Assembly (NCBI GenBank): GCA_963662465.1
Contig: OY759599.1
Span: 6,304,001 to 6,368,000 of the forward strand
Direction: 5' to 3'
Length of the DNA stretch: 64,000 bases
Origin: Desulfatiglandales bacterium
GTDB taxonomy: Bacteria; Desulfobacterota; DSM-4660; Desulfatiglandales; Desulfatiglandaceae
The number at the start of each line of letters is the position of its first letter. The stretch's first letter is position 1. The position numbers were made by a program, and so were the translations under genes. A model generated the notes under the pieces. It was not told the origin of the DNA. It saw nothing but the letters and a program-made list of their open reading frames with translations, and made no database searches. This document shows positions 39,564 through 49,531 of this stretch, piece by piece.

Positions 39564-41183
39564 ATGACGCAGGAAGGAACAATGGATCCTGAACTGTTGA
39601 AAATGGTTCTGGATACCATTGATAAATTAGAAAAAGAGAAGCTCCCCGTGGAGATAAAGCTGGAAATGGATCGTCTGGGAACTTTTCCAACCGAACTGAT
39701 TCGTTTTATGCTGGGGTCGGATATTGCACTCCACCTCATTTTTATTCCGGAAGCGTATGGTGGTTTGGGCGCCGGCGCCACGGAAATTGCCATTGTATCA
39801 GAGCGTATGGCAAAGATGGATCTGGCCATTGCCACCTCTTTTCTGGCCATCTGCCTGGGCATGGATCCCATCCGGGTGGGCGCTACGCCGGAACAGAAAG
39901 AAAAGTATATCGGAAAAATCGCCGAGGAAGGCCTGGTGGTAGCCTACGGCGTTACCGAACCGGAGGCAGGCTCCAATGTACAGTCTTTGAAAACCAGGGC
40001 CGAGCGCGTTCTGGATGAAAACGGCCAAATTAAGGGATACCGGATCAACGGTCAAAAACAATTTATTACCAACGGGGGCGTGGCCCAGCTTTACACCATC
40101 CTGGCCGATACGCCGGATGGGCCTTCTTTCTTTATCGTGGCGGGGGGCGCCGAAGGTCTGATTCCCGGCAAACATGAAGACAAGCACGGGATTCGGGCAT
40201 CGGACACCTGCCCCATCACCCTGGAAGACCTTTACGTGCCCGTGGAGGACCTGGTGGGCGGTGTGGAAGGCCAGGGGTTGAAACAGGCCAATAAAGTGTT
40301 CGGTTACACCCGGCTGATGGTGGCCACATTCGGTCTGGGCGGTGGTATGGCGGCCCTTGAAAGGACCGTCAAGTATGCCAAAGAGCGGGTTCAGTTCGGC
40401 ACCCCCCTGGCTGAAAAGCAGGGATATACCCACCAGCTTCTGGTTCCCCACGCCGTGCAGCTGGAGGCGGCCAGGGCCCATATCGAAGAGGTGGCCCGGC
40501 GGCTGGACACCGATGAAGAAGACCTTCAGGTGGAAGGTTCCATTGCCAAATACTTCGCCACCGAGGCCGGGGACGCCATGGCCAACGATGCCATTCAGGC
40601 ATTTGGGGGGTATGGCTATATTCGGGAATACGAGGTGGAAAAGATCAAGCGGGATGTGAAAATCCTGACCATCTATGAGGGAACCAGCGAAATCCAGCGA
40701 AATATCATCTCCATGTTCCGGCTCCGATCCACCGTTCGTTCCAAGGGTGGTTTCTATAATGAAATAGCGGATCATTTGGCCAGGCTGCCCTCTGAAACCG
40801 GCGGTCCCATGCTGGCGGACGGTGTGCGGGTCATGAATGAGGTCATTCAGGGCGCTCGCAAAGGAAAGCTGACCAAGAGCCAGTATGTCATGTTTCAGTT
40901 GGCGGACATGATGACGATGGCAGAGGTGGGAAGCGCTCTTTGCCGCAAGGCCGCCGCTTATGAAGGCGGACAAACGCGAACCCCTGCGTACATGAAGGCG
41001 GCGGCACGGCTTTTTGCCCGAGAGGCCATTAACACGATTCGGGCCAACGGCCTTCTGGTCAGCCAGGGGGGAGAAAAGACATTGGATGAGGTCGCCGAAA
41101 AATTGAATGCGCTCAGTACGAAGCAGATTCTGGCCGGCAGCCTGGCGGACATGAACCTGGTTGCGAAGGAACTGGTGGCATGA
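39564..41183 (+). CDS. Acyl-CoA dehydrogenase with C-terminal extension
   Basis: PEAYGGLG, TEPEAGS, INGQKQFITNG, RVQFG, QAFGGYGY, IYEGTSEIQ; GGAGG RBS before ATG 39564. Confidence 0.92.
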   Translation: MTQEGTMDPELLKMVLDTIDKLEKEKLPVEIKLEMDRLGTFPTELIRFMLGSDIALHLIFIPEAYGGLGAGATEIAIVSERMAKMDLAIATSFLAICLGMDPIRVGATPEQKEKYIGKIAEEGLVVAYGVTEPEAGSNVQSLKTRAERVLDENGQIKGYRINGQKQFITNGGVAQLYTILADTPDGPSFFIVAGGAEGLIPGKHEDKHGIRASDTCPITLEDLYVPVEDLVGGVEGQGLKQANKVFGYTRLMVATFGLGGGMAALERTVKYAKERVQFGTPLAEKQGYTHQLLVPHAVQLEAARAHIEEVARRLDTDEEDLQVEGSIAKYFATEAGDAMANDAIQAFGGYGYIREYEVEKIKRDVKILTIYEGTSEIQRNIISMFRLRSTVRSKGGFYNEIADHLARLPSETGGPMLADGVRVMNEVIQGARKGKLTKSQYVMFQLADMMTMAEVGSALCRKAAAYEGGQTRTPAYMKAAARLFAREAINTIRANGLLVSQGGEKTLDEVAEKLNALSTKQILAGSLADMNLVAKELVA

Positions 41184-41295
41184 TGCTCTCCTTACGAGAG
41201 ATCGATTCAGCCGTTCTTATACGGAAAAATGTTTTTGAATGCCGCGCCTTTTTTTTCAATCAACAATCAACAATCGCCAATCCATAAAGGTATCC

Positions 41296-44001
41296 GTGAC
41301 CCTGAAAAAACAATATCGCAAATCTAAAAGACCACCTCGCTCCGGAAAAAGAAAACTGGTCAGGAGCGAGGACCAATATGTCAAACCCAAAATTGATCAA
41401 GCCCTTAATGCTGTTTTCGAAAAAATCGGGGTTCCCGGTGAAACCCCTTTTATTCCGGATCCATTTCAGCTGGAAGCGGTTGATCTTGTTCAGAATGATG
41501 ATGTCCTGGTCAGTGCGCCCACCGGGTCGGGAAAAACCTGGATCGCTGTTCAGACCATTCACACCTATCTTTCCCGGGGGCTCAATGTCTGGTATGCGTC
41601 CCCCCTGAAAGCCCTTTCCAATTCAATCTATCAGGAATTTACACGGGAATTCGGTTCTGCTTCTTGCGGGATACTCACCGGCGATCGCAAGGAGAACGCT
41701 GAGGCCCCTGTGATCGTGGGGACCACCGAGATTCTCAGGAACCAGCTTTATGACGCCATGCACAAGGGCGTCAGCATTGGAACGGACCTGGTCATTCTTG
41801 ACGAAGCACACTATTTGAGCGACCCGGATCGTGGCGTCGTATGGGAGGAGGTGTTGATCTATCTTCCCTCACGGGTAAGGCTGTTGCTCCTTTCCGCCAC
41901 CATCAGCAATCCCGAAGAGATCTGCGCCTGGTTGAAAGAGATTCGAGGCGTTGCCAACGGGATAGTGTTTTCAAAGGACCGTCCCGTTCCCCTGGAAACG
42001 CTGTTTTTGTTTCCGGATGGTCTTGTGACGGCCCTGGGGTCGAAAAAAGGATTGGGGCCCAAGGTTAAAAAATTTCTGGGTTCAAAAGAAGGGAGGGGCG
42101 GCGGTCGGTCTGAAAAGATTGAATACGGCAGGATACTACGGTGTTTGAGGAAGCTGGATCTGTTGCCGGCCATTTTTTTTCTCAAATCCAGGGCTGATTG
42201 CGACCGTGCCCTTGCGACCTGTTCGGTGGTTAAAAAACCGCCCGAGATGGAACGACGGATGAAGGGGGTCGTCAAAGCCTTTGTCAAACAATATCCCCAT
42301 ATTGAAGGCCACCGTCAGATTAAACCCCTGCTGGATTCGCTGGTGGGTTCCCATCACGGCGGACAGCTGCCCTATTGGAAGGTACTCATTGAGCAGATGA
42401 TGAACAAGGGGTTTCTGGAGGCTATTTTTTCAACATCAACCGTGGCCGCGGGCGTCAATTTTCCCGCAAGATCGGTGGTGCTGTTCCAGAGTGACCGCTA
42501 TAACGGCCATGAATTCGTTGATCTTAACCCGACGGCCCTGCACCAGATGGTGGGGCGCGCCGGAAGGCGGGGCATGGATAACATCGGCTTTGCCCTGGTG
42601 GTGCCGGGATATTATCAGAAGCCCAAATTGATCAATGAATTGTTGTCTTCCCCGCCGGACCCCTTACTGAGCCAGATTCATATCAATTTTTCCATGACGC
42701 TCAACCTGCTCCTGTCCCACACGCCCCTTGAGGTCAGGGATCTGCTGGAGCGTTCTTTTGCGACCTTTCAGGAAAAAGGACGTGGGGCCGCCGAAGAAAA
42801 ACGGCTGAAACACCTGTTGTTGACCTTAAAGGCGTATTTGCCCCAGGCCCAGTGCGATGCTTCCGATCCCTACGAAATTATGGACTATATTCAGAAATGG
42901 GCGCCCATTGAAGCGGCCAGGGGGAAAACTCGCAAGTCCGTTGCGTATGACCGGCAGGTGGCGGAAACCCTGCCCTATCTAACCCCCGGAAGACTGTTCC
43001 TTCACAAGAACGGCAACATCTATGTGGTGTTCAAGGCCTATATGGATCAGGAAAGATTGATCTGCGCCGCCCACAATATCCGAAAAAAAGAGGCTCACAC
43101 CAAGCGCCAGTTGACGTTGCGACGGGTGGACCTGGCCCAGATAGAGGCCGTCTATGACCGGGTGGTTCAACTCCCCGAGGATTATTCGCGGGATGGGTTG
43201 GATTTGCTCTTTGAGGTGTTGCCCCGGGAAGATTTACAGGTATTATCCATCCATATCCCTGAAAGTGAATTGGATGAGGCGTCGAAAGGCCCGGAAGAAG
43301 AACGCCAAAAGCTGCCATGTGAGAACTGCGCCCATAAGAGCCTCTGTCACCGAAAAACGGACCGGGAATTTAACCTTCTGCTCCAGACGTTTCGGACTTC
43401 CAGGGACAGTGTGAAAGTATCTGAGAGCGTATTGTGGTTGAGTTTCAAACGGCATTTGCGATTCCTGAAGGAAACCGGGTTTGTGGATGAGGCGGATCGG
43501 TTGACCGCCGATGGCAAATGGGCCTCCAATTTGAGGGTGGATCAACCGCTCCTCATTGCCGAGGCTATCCGACAGGGCGCCTTTGATGGCATACCGCCTG
43601 AGGTCTTTGCCGGCGGACTGGCGCCGTTTGTGTGGGACAGGACGCAGGAGGTGGATTTGAAAGGGATTGAAGGGATGGATTTATCCCCGATGGAAGGGGT
43701 ATTTCGCGGCATGCTGGCGCATCTTCGGGAATTCATGATCCTAAAGGACAGCCGGGGCTTCAAGACGCCGCCCATTTCGTTCTGGCCGGCCGCCATTCTT
43801 TTCATGTGGGCCAAAGGGGTCCCCTGGGAAACGCTTCTCGATCTGGTGTCCGTGGGCGAGGGGGATCTCGCTTCCCTCATCATGAGAACCGCGGACCATT
43901 TAAGACAGGTGGCGGCGCTCAGGGAAACGCATCCAGAGTTGGCCCGTACCGCCTTCGAAAGCATCGATTTGATCCTTCGTGAGCCGGTCTATCTTTTTTG
44001 A
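41296..44001 (+). CDS. Ski2/HelY-like DEAD/DEAH-box RNA helicase (start probably GTG 41296)
   Basis: APTGSGKT, PLKALSN, DEAH, LSAT, HHGG, QMVGRAGRRG. Confidence 0.9.
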   Translation: MTLKKQYRKSKRPPRSGKRKLVRSEDQYVKPKIDQALNAVFEKIGVPGETPFIPDPFQLEAVDLVQNDDVLVSAPTGSGKTWIAVQTIHTYLSRGLNVWYASPLKALSNSIYQEFTREFGSASCGILTGDRKENAEAPVIVGTTEILRNQLYDAMHKGVSIGTDLVILDEAHYLSDPDRGVVWEEVLIYLPSRVRLLLLSATISNPEEICAWLKEIRGVANGIVFSKDRPVPLETLFLFPDGLVTALGSKKGLGPKVKKFLGSKEGRGGGRSEKIEYGRILRCLRKLDLLPAIFFLKSRADCDRALATCSVVKKPPEMERRMKGVVKAFVKQYPHIEGHRQIKPLLDSLVGSHHGGQLPYWKVLIEQMMNKGFLEAIFSTSTVAAGVNFPARSVVLFQSDRYNGHEFVDLNPTALHQMVGRAGRRGMDNIGFALVVPGYYQKPKLINELLSSPPDPLLSQIHINFSMTLNLLLSHTPLEVRDLLERSFATFQEKGRGAAEEKRLKHLLLTLKAYLPQAQCDASDPYEIMDYIQKWAPIEAARGKTRKSVAYDRQVAETLPYLTPGRLFLHKNGNIYVVFKAYMDQERLICAAHNIRKKEAHTKRQLTLRRVDLAQIEAVYDRVVQLPEDYSRDGLDLLFEVLPREDLQVLSIHIPESELDEASKGPEEERQKLPCENCAHKSLCHRKTDREFNLLLQTFRTSRDSVKVSESVLWLSFKRHLRFLKETGFVDEADRLTADGKWASNLRVDQPLLIAEAIRQGAFDGIPPEVFAGGLAPFVWDRTQEVDLKGIEGMDLSPMEGVFRGMLAHLREFMILKDSRGFKTPPISFWPAAILFMWAKGVPWETLLDLVSVGEGDLASLIMRTADHLRQVAALRETHPELARTAFESIDLILREPVYLF

Positions 44002-45500
44002 TGAAGACGCTCAGCCGGAGAAAAAACCACCCCCTTGATCGATCCGGCTTTGTCTGGATACTCTCCTTCCTGTTGCTGATCGGCTTTTTTTACTGGCTGG
44101 ACCGGAACCCCTGGTTTCAGGAGGTTGTGGTGGCCAGGCTTTCCCTCTGGACCGCCGGGGGGACGGCCTTTATCCTCTCTGTTCTAGGACTTAAACTAAA
44201 TGTCGTCGGATCGACGGTCACGGGTCCCGCCATGCGGCTTGAAATCGCCGACTCCTGTACCGGCAGCTTTGTCTTTCTTATGTTTGCCGCCGCCGTCATT
44301 CCTTTCCCGTCCCCGTGGAAGGCCCGTGTTAAAGGGCTTTTAATGGGGCTTGGGACCCTTCTCCTGGTCAATCTGCTGCGAACTTCCCTGATTGTTTTGA
44401 TGGTAAGCCGTTTCCCCGATTCTCTGTGGACCTTTCATATTATCGTTGGTCAGGTGATGGTGATTGCTGCCATGATAGGGGTTTTTTTATGGTGGACGAA
44501 AAATTCCGGGGAAGAATCATTGTTCCCTTTCTTGAAAGACAACCGAACCATCTTTCGGACCGTTTTGTTGTTTTGTGTTGGATATGTCCTGGGTTACGGT
44601 CTTTATCAGATTTTTCTGGAAAGTTCGTTGGGCCTCTTTATCAAGAGGCTTATCGAGACCCATACCTTCCGTATCCTTTCCATTTTTAATGCCCATTTTG
44701 TCGGCGGCGGGTTGTCCTCATTTGCGGCAACCCCCGTGAGACTGGTGGAAGGATGTCTTTCAAGCCCCGTGGTGGTCCTTCTGGCAGCAGTAGCCATGGC
44801 TTGGCCGGCTCGGTGGTGGAAACGGGGTCTGGTGATTATTCTCGGTTTTATTCCCTTTTTTTATGGCTACCATCTTCTTCGCGCCGTGCTGGTTTCGCTG
44901 ACCCTTGGTCTTCAGGCAAAAGATGTAAACCTGGTATACAATTTTTATGGGCAGGTCTTTCTTGTTTTATTTCTGTTTGGGGGTCTGGGCTATTTCAGGT
45001 GTTCCAGAGAGAAAATCATGTCTTACGGGAACTACCTGTTGCAATTTGTTTTCTCCTGCCTTGTTGCCCTGCCCGCGGCAGTTCTTCTAGGATGGCTGGC
45101 CCATCACCGGCTCACGCCTCTGTTGCTCAATGAAATTTCAGGAGCAACAGTGCTGGCGTTTGATCCCGAACAGATCGTCAGCACCATGCTGTCGGTCCAG
45201 ACGTTTATCTGGTGGGTGCTTGTGGGAACGACGCCGAACCTGACGCCGGCAAAAAAAAGCCTCCTGAGCCTTCTGGGTGTTCTGGTTTTCCCGGCACTCT
45301 ATGTTTTAACGGTAATGCTGTTTGAAACTTTCCACATGGCCCCCCACAAAGGGCTGTTGAAGCTTTTTGTGATCCTGTTGCCTTTTGGGGTTTATGGGGT
45401 CTTTTTTCGTGTGAAAGCGGCTTTCAGGAGCGAAAAGTCGCGGCGGAATGCCGTTCACACGGGAGACACGGAGAAAGGGGGAGGGGACCCGGATTTGTGA
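44001..45500 (+). CDS. Exosortase/archaeosortase-family membrane protein with two sortase-like repeats
   Basis: EIADSCTG..NLLR..FH in the first half; RLVEGCLSSP..HLLR in the second half; polytopic. Confidence 0.7.
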   Translation: MKTLSRRKNHPLDRSGFVWILSFLLLIGFFYWLDRNPWFQEVVVARLSLWTAGGTAFILSVLGLKLNVVGSTVTGPAMRLEIADSCTGSFVFLMFAAAVIPFPSPWKARVKGLLMGLGTLLLVNLLRTSLIVLMVSRFPDSLWTFHIIVGQVMVIAAMIGVFLWWTKNSGEESLFPFLKDNRTIFRTVLLFCVGYVLGYGLYQIFLESSLGLFIKRLIETHTFRILSIFNAHFVGGGLSSFAATPVRLVEGCLSSPVVVLLAAVAMAWPARWWKRGLVIILGFIPFFYGYHLLRAVLVSLTLGLQAKDVNLVYNFYGQVFLVLFLFGGLGYFRCSREKIMSYGNYLLQFVFSCLVALPAAVLLGWLAHHRLTPLLLNEISGATVLAFDPEQIVSTMLSVQTFIWWVLVGTTPNLTPAKKSLLSLLGVLVFPALYVLTVMLFETFHMAPHKGLLKLFVILLPFGVYGVFFRVKAAFRSEKSRRNAVHTGDTEKGGGDPDL

Positions 45501-45550
45501 GAGGGGTTTTTAGAACTTGTGTCCACTCCCTATGTCGGAACGAATGCCGC

Positions 45551-47187
45551 TCACATCCCCCACACACCGATGGTTTTCCCGTCGTATGTTTCGGTCTCCA
45601 CATATATTTTCTCTTCCCATGTCCTATGATGCCTGCGATCAAAGATAATCAGATGGCCTTCAGGGCTTCCGCATCGGTCCATATAAGCTGCGGTCTGGTT
45701 CAAACCTCGGTTTCGGATGGTTTCCAGGGTTTCCCGTCGCCGCACCTTTAACTCGATGACTACTTTCTGAAGCGGCCATTCCGGCAGGATGCCGGTTTGG
45801 GAAATGTCCCGGTCTCCATTGTCGGGCAGGATCGGCCAGATGATCAGCAGATCCGTACGCAGCAAGCCCAGCCCGTATTCCCGCTCCACCCGTCCTCCTG
45901 AATTGACGATGCGTTGCAAAAAGTCCTGCATCAACAGCTGGGGGCCTGCTTCCCTGTACTCAAACCGTTCCAGCCAATGCTCGGAATGTTCCCGGAAGAA
46001 AGTCTGGAATGCACCGAGGAGTTTATCCATGTTCAGGCGGCCGTTCTTCTCTACATACCATGCTGTCTGACGATTGATGGTTAATTGCGTACTGAAGGTC
46101 AATTCCCTCGGGATAACCTCCCGGTAGATGGGATTGGCAATTTGAAGTTGACCTTTGGTGGTGATTAATCCCAGGTCGGCCACATACTGAATATCGTCCG
46201 TGGGAATTTTTTGGGGATCCGTTTCCCCGCTCAACAGCGGCTCGATGACTCGCCGTACCCGCGTCTCTTTGAGTTTGTCCGCCAATTGATCCAGATGGGT
46301 TTCACGTCTGACAATGAGATTTTCCGCTCCCTGACGAATCATTTGAGACGTAATGGGACGGCTTCGGTCCCTGCCTGCCTTGTTCCTGAAACAAGTCTCA
46401 TAGCCCACGCATTCACCAGCCAGGGTTGTCCTTGAGCCAGTTCCCAGACCGCGGCACGGGCCTCCGGTTTAAAGATCTGTCCCGTTTCATTCGTGTGTTG
46501 ATCGAGGAGCGTGAAAACCTCACGTTCAATGAAGTCCCCCACCCGTAATGACTCCGCCTTGATATTGAAAGCACTCCCACCTGTAATCACCGATTTTTCC
46601 GTATCCGAATGAATGCGGTAATCCCGGATGTCCCGCACCCCGCACAGAATGATGGACTGGGGAAACGCTTCCGGTCGTTTGTCGTACCCGGAACGTAACT
46701 GTCGCAGAACCGAAATCAGTGTGTCTCCCACCAGGGAATCGATCTCATCGATGATCAATACCAGCGGTTTACGGTTCTCCCTGCACCATCGGGTCAGCCC
46801 GATGTTTAAAGCCGTGCCGAAGCCCCGATCCTGAAACAGCGCCTTCAAGTTTTCATACAGGAAGTCGTCGTTCAGATGAAGCTGAGCGCGGGAAGCCATT
46901 TCCCGCAGAATGTCGTTGATGCCCTGGCTCACATTCTCCCTGGCCGCCTGGGCCGCTTCCACGTTGCAGTACAGGCAGTGGTAACGGTCTTCCCGGTTGA
47001 GATAATGCATCAGCGCGAGCATGCACGTGGTCTTGCCCGTCTGCCGGGGAGCGTGCAGCACAAAATATTTCTGCTGGTCAATGAGCATCAGCTCATCTTC
47101 CAGGCCGATGCGTTCTAGGGGCGGCAGGCAGTAATGGCGTTTATCATCCACGGGACCGGCGGTGTTGAAAAAGCGGACGGCATTCAT
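45551..47187 (-). pseudogene. AAA-like ATPase with C-terminal PD-(D/E)XK domain, frameshifted at about 46409
   Basis: RFFNTAGP, APRQTGKT, IDEID; GQPWLVNA continues as GYE in the other frame (1-bp loss); C-terminal RTDL..IELK. Confidence 0.8.
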
Positions 47188-47301
47188 GGGCAATGGCCTC
47201 CGTCGGGATCGAAAAAATATTGATGTTGATTGTAACAAGTTCCATGATGCTTTGCAAATGCAAGCGAATTCCCGCAACAATTCTCAAAAAAGAAAACGTT
47301 T

Positions 47302-47823
47302 TTGCTCAGTGTTTGCATTTTTTTCGCGAGCATTTTGTTTTTCGGCGGGGGACCCGCAGTGGCCTGCTTCCAGGACAACGGCGACGGCACGGTGACGGAC
47401 ACCAGGACCGGTCTCGTATGGGAACAGGTGCGAACGGAAGGCAGCGGCGAGGTGACCTGGGAAGAGGGGCTTGCCTATTGCGCGAATCTGGAACAGGGGG
47501 CATGAGCGACTGGTGCTTCCCCGGAATCCGTTTATGTCTGTGCCTGGGCTACCAGCAGCGCAGGTACCGTCTACGGCGACAACCGTTTCTTCAAAACATT
47601 CACCACCGCCGGTTGCCCCGACTGTTCAGGCGTCAACCCGACGGTCCACGACATGACTTTCAACGGCGGCGCCGACTGCACCTGTAAGGGCACAACATCC
47701 CTCACCATCGGTCTCAACGTGGTGATTGAACCAAGGGCCCGAGCCACATTCAAATCGGGCAATATCGTGGTCAAAAGCAAGGTGGAAGCCAAAAAGGGAT
47801 CGGTTGTGAAAATGAGTCAGTAG
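47302..47823 (+). pseudogene. Collapsed secreted-protein gene: DUF1566/Lcl start joined to an FN3-like tail and a C-terminal beta domain
   Basis: FQDNGDGTVTDTRTGLVWEQ..GMSDW.FP; later YVCAWATSSAGTVYGD..CPDCSG..DCTCKGTTSLTIG..GSVVKMSQ*. Confidence 0.6.
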
Positions 47824-47862
47824 GTGTGAGAGAGGAATATGTTCGGATAAATCCGCACCTAC
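47820..47862. repeat. Degenerate REP-like palindrome
   Basis: GTAGGTG...CGGATAAATCCGCACCTAC. Confidence 0.5.
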
Positions 47863-48044
47863 AGGCCCATAATGGGGCAAGACAAATGGGTGACCCGGAA
47901 AAAACCCCTTGATGTCGGTCCTTTCGGTCTCTATAATTGTCCTCAGTGACTTACAGATTATTTGCTTCGAAAAAAACAAGAAGGTTCTTTCATCGCTTTG
48001 TAACTCAGCACCAGATAAGGCATTTTGAGGATTTCCGGTGCTGG

Positions 48045-48158
48045 TAATTTTCACATCAACCATGCTCATTTTGAAATGAGGGCTCTGTGTGAGCGGCTTT
48101 TCAGCCGCGAAAAATCGCGGCAAGATGCCGCTCCCACAGCGTCCACAATGAGAATTGC
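48045..48158. repeat. REP-doublet-like palindrome within a small inverted-repeat-bounded element
   Basis: TGTGTGAGCGGC..GCCGCGA AAAA TCGCGGC..GCCGCTCCCACA (48086-48138); outer imperfect IR GTAATTTTCAC / ATGAGAATTGC. Confidence 0.6.
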
Positions 48159-48232
48159 GGGTTTAAAATCCCTTGGGTTGCGGGCATCGTCCGCCTTGGC
48201 ATTCACCCATATAATTGGAGGCATTGCACCTG

Positions 48233-48655
48233 ATGACCGAGAACGGCGAAGAAGAGGGCCTGACCTTGGACAAACGGACCATGGATGTTCTGGTTGCCAA
48301 CATCATTCCCACATCCAGATACTTCGAGGTTCGTTTTGACCACATGCAAAGTCAGATTGACGATATTAAGGATGAAATCAAGGACTTTCGTGGTGATGTG
48401 GGCAAGCGCTTTGACGCAGTTAAAGTGGATATGGACAAGCGCTTTGACGAAGTTAAAGTGGATATGGATAGGCGTTCTGAGCAGGTTGATAAACGTTTCG
48501 ATCAGATTATTGCCTCCATAGACCGTCTGGGGGACAAACTGGATTACCGGGACGAGAAGCAGAGGGGCTTCACCCTGCGGATGTTCACCATTTCCATTGG
48601 CATCTCCATTCTCGGCGTTCTGGGCGCTTTCCTGAAATCCATGGGGATCATATAG
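48233..48655 (+). CDS. Membrane-anchored coiled-coil repeat protein, short allele
   Basis: GGAGG RBS then ATG; 11-aa repeats DKRFDEVKVDM; C-terminal TM helix. Confidence 0.8.
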   Translation: MTENGEEEGLTLDKRTMDVLVANIIPTSRYFEVRFDHMQSQIDDIKDEIKDFRGDVGKRFDAVKVDMDKRFDEVKVDMDRRSEQVDKRFDQIIASIDRLGDKLDYRDEKQRGFTLRMFTISIGISILGVLGAFLKSMGII

Positions 48656-48750
48656 GGTTTTCCTGACATTAAAAATCCCTTGATGTTGGTTTATTCGGTT
48701 CCTATAATTATTCTCTGCATTCACCCATATAATTGGAGGCGTTGCACCTG

Positions 48751-49326
48751 ATGACTGAGAGTGGCGAAGAAGAGGGCCTGACCTTGGACAAACGAACCAT
48801 GGATGTTCTGGTTGCCAATATCATTCCCACATCCAGATATTTTGAGGTCCGTTTTGACCACATGCAAAGTCAGATTGACGATATAAAGGACGATATAAAG
48901 GACTTTCGTGGTGATGTGGGCAAGCGTTTTGATGAAACGAACGCGAGTGTGAATAGACGTTTTGACGCAGTTAAAGTGGATATGGGTAAGCGCTTTGACG
49001 CAGTTAAAGTGGATATGGACAGGCGCTTTGATGAAGCCAAAGTCGATATGAACAGGCGTTCTGAGCAGGTTGATAAACGTTTTGACGAAGTTAAAGTGGA
49101 TATGGACAAGCGCTTTGACGAAGTTAAAGTGGATATGGACAGGCGTTCTGAGCAGGTTGATAAACGTTTCGATCAGATTATTGCCTCCATAGACCGTCTG
49201 GGGGACAAACTGGATTACCGGGACGAGAAGCAGAGGGGCTTCACCCTGCGGATGTTCACCATTTCCATCGGTATTTCCATCCTCGGCGTTCTGGGCGCTT
49301 TCCTGAAATCCATGGGGATCATATAA
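48751..49326 (+). CDS. Membrane-anchored coiled-coil repeat protein, long allele (tandem paralog)
   Basis: Nearly identical head and identical tail to 48233-48655, with 51 aa more repeat. Confidence 0.8.
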   Translation: MTESGEEEGLTLDKRTMDVLVANIIPTSRYFEVRFDHMQSQIDDIKDDIKDFRGDVGKRFDETNASVNRRFDAVKVDMGKRFDAVKVDMDRRFDEAKVDMNRRSEQVDKRFDEVKVDMDKRFDEVKVDMDRRSEQVDKRFDQIIASIDRLGDKLDYRDEKQRGFTLRMFTISIGISILGVLGAFLKSMGII

Positions 49327-49449
49327 AACCCCCCGAAATTTGTCAGCTTATGTTCCTTTTCTTGAGTTTTAGATTCTTACTCAATCATTCTGAGAGTTCA
49401 TTTCTCACATTTGTAACATGTGCATTTAAAAGTATTTTTTTGAACCGCA

Positions 49450-49518
49450 GAATGTCGAACAAGGAATAATGAATGTCGAAGTAAAACTTCATCATCGGAC
49501 ATTCCTTGTTCGATATTC
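49450..49518. repeat. Palindromic element built from heptamer-like units
   Basis: GAATGTCGAACAAGGAAT ... GAAGT AAA ACTTC ... ATTCCTTGTTCGATATTC, between convergent genes. Confidence 0.7.
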
Positions 49519-49531
49519 GTTTTTAAAAATT

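Noticed and set aside
47302..47505. Diversity-generating retroelement target (DUF1566)
   Set aside because: No reverse transcriptase and no TR/VR pair differing at adenines was seen
48380..49180. 33-bp repeats as a CRISPR array
   Set aside because: The units are contiguous with no unique spacers, are in frame within ORFs, and no cas genes are present
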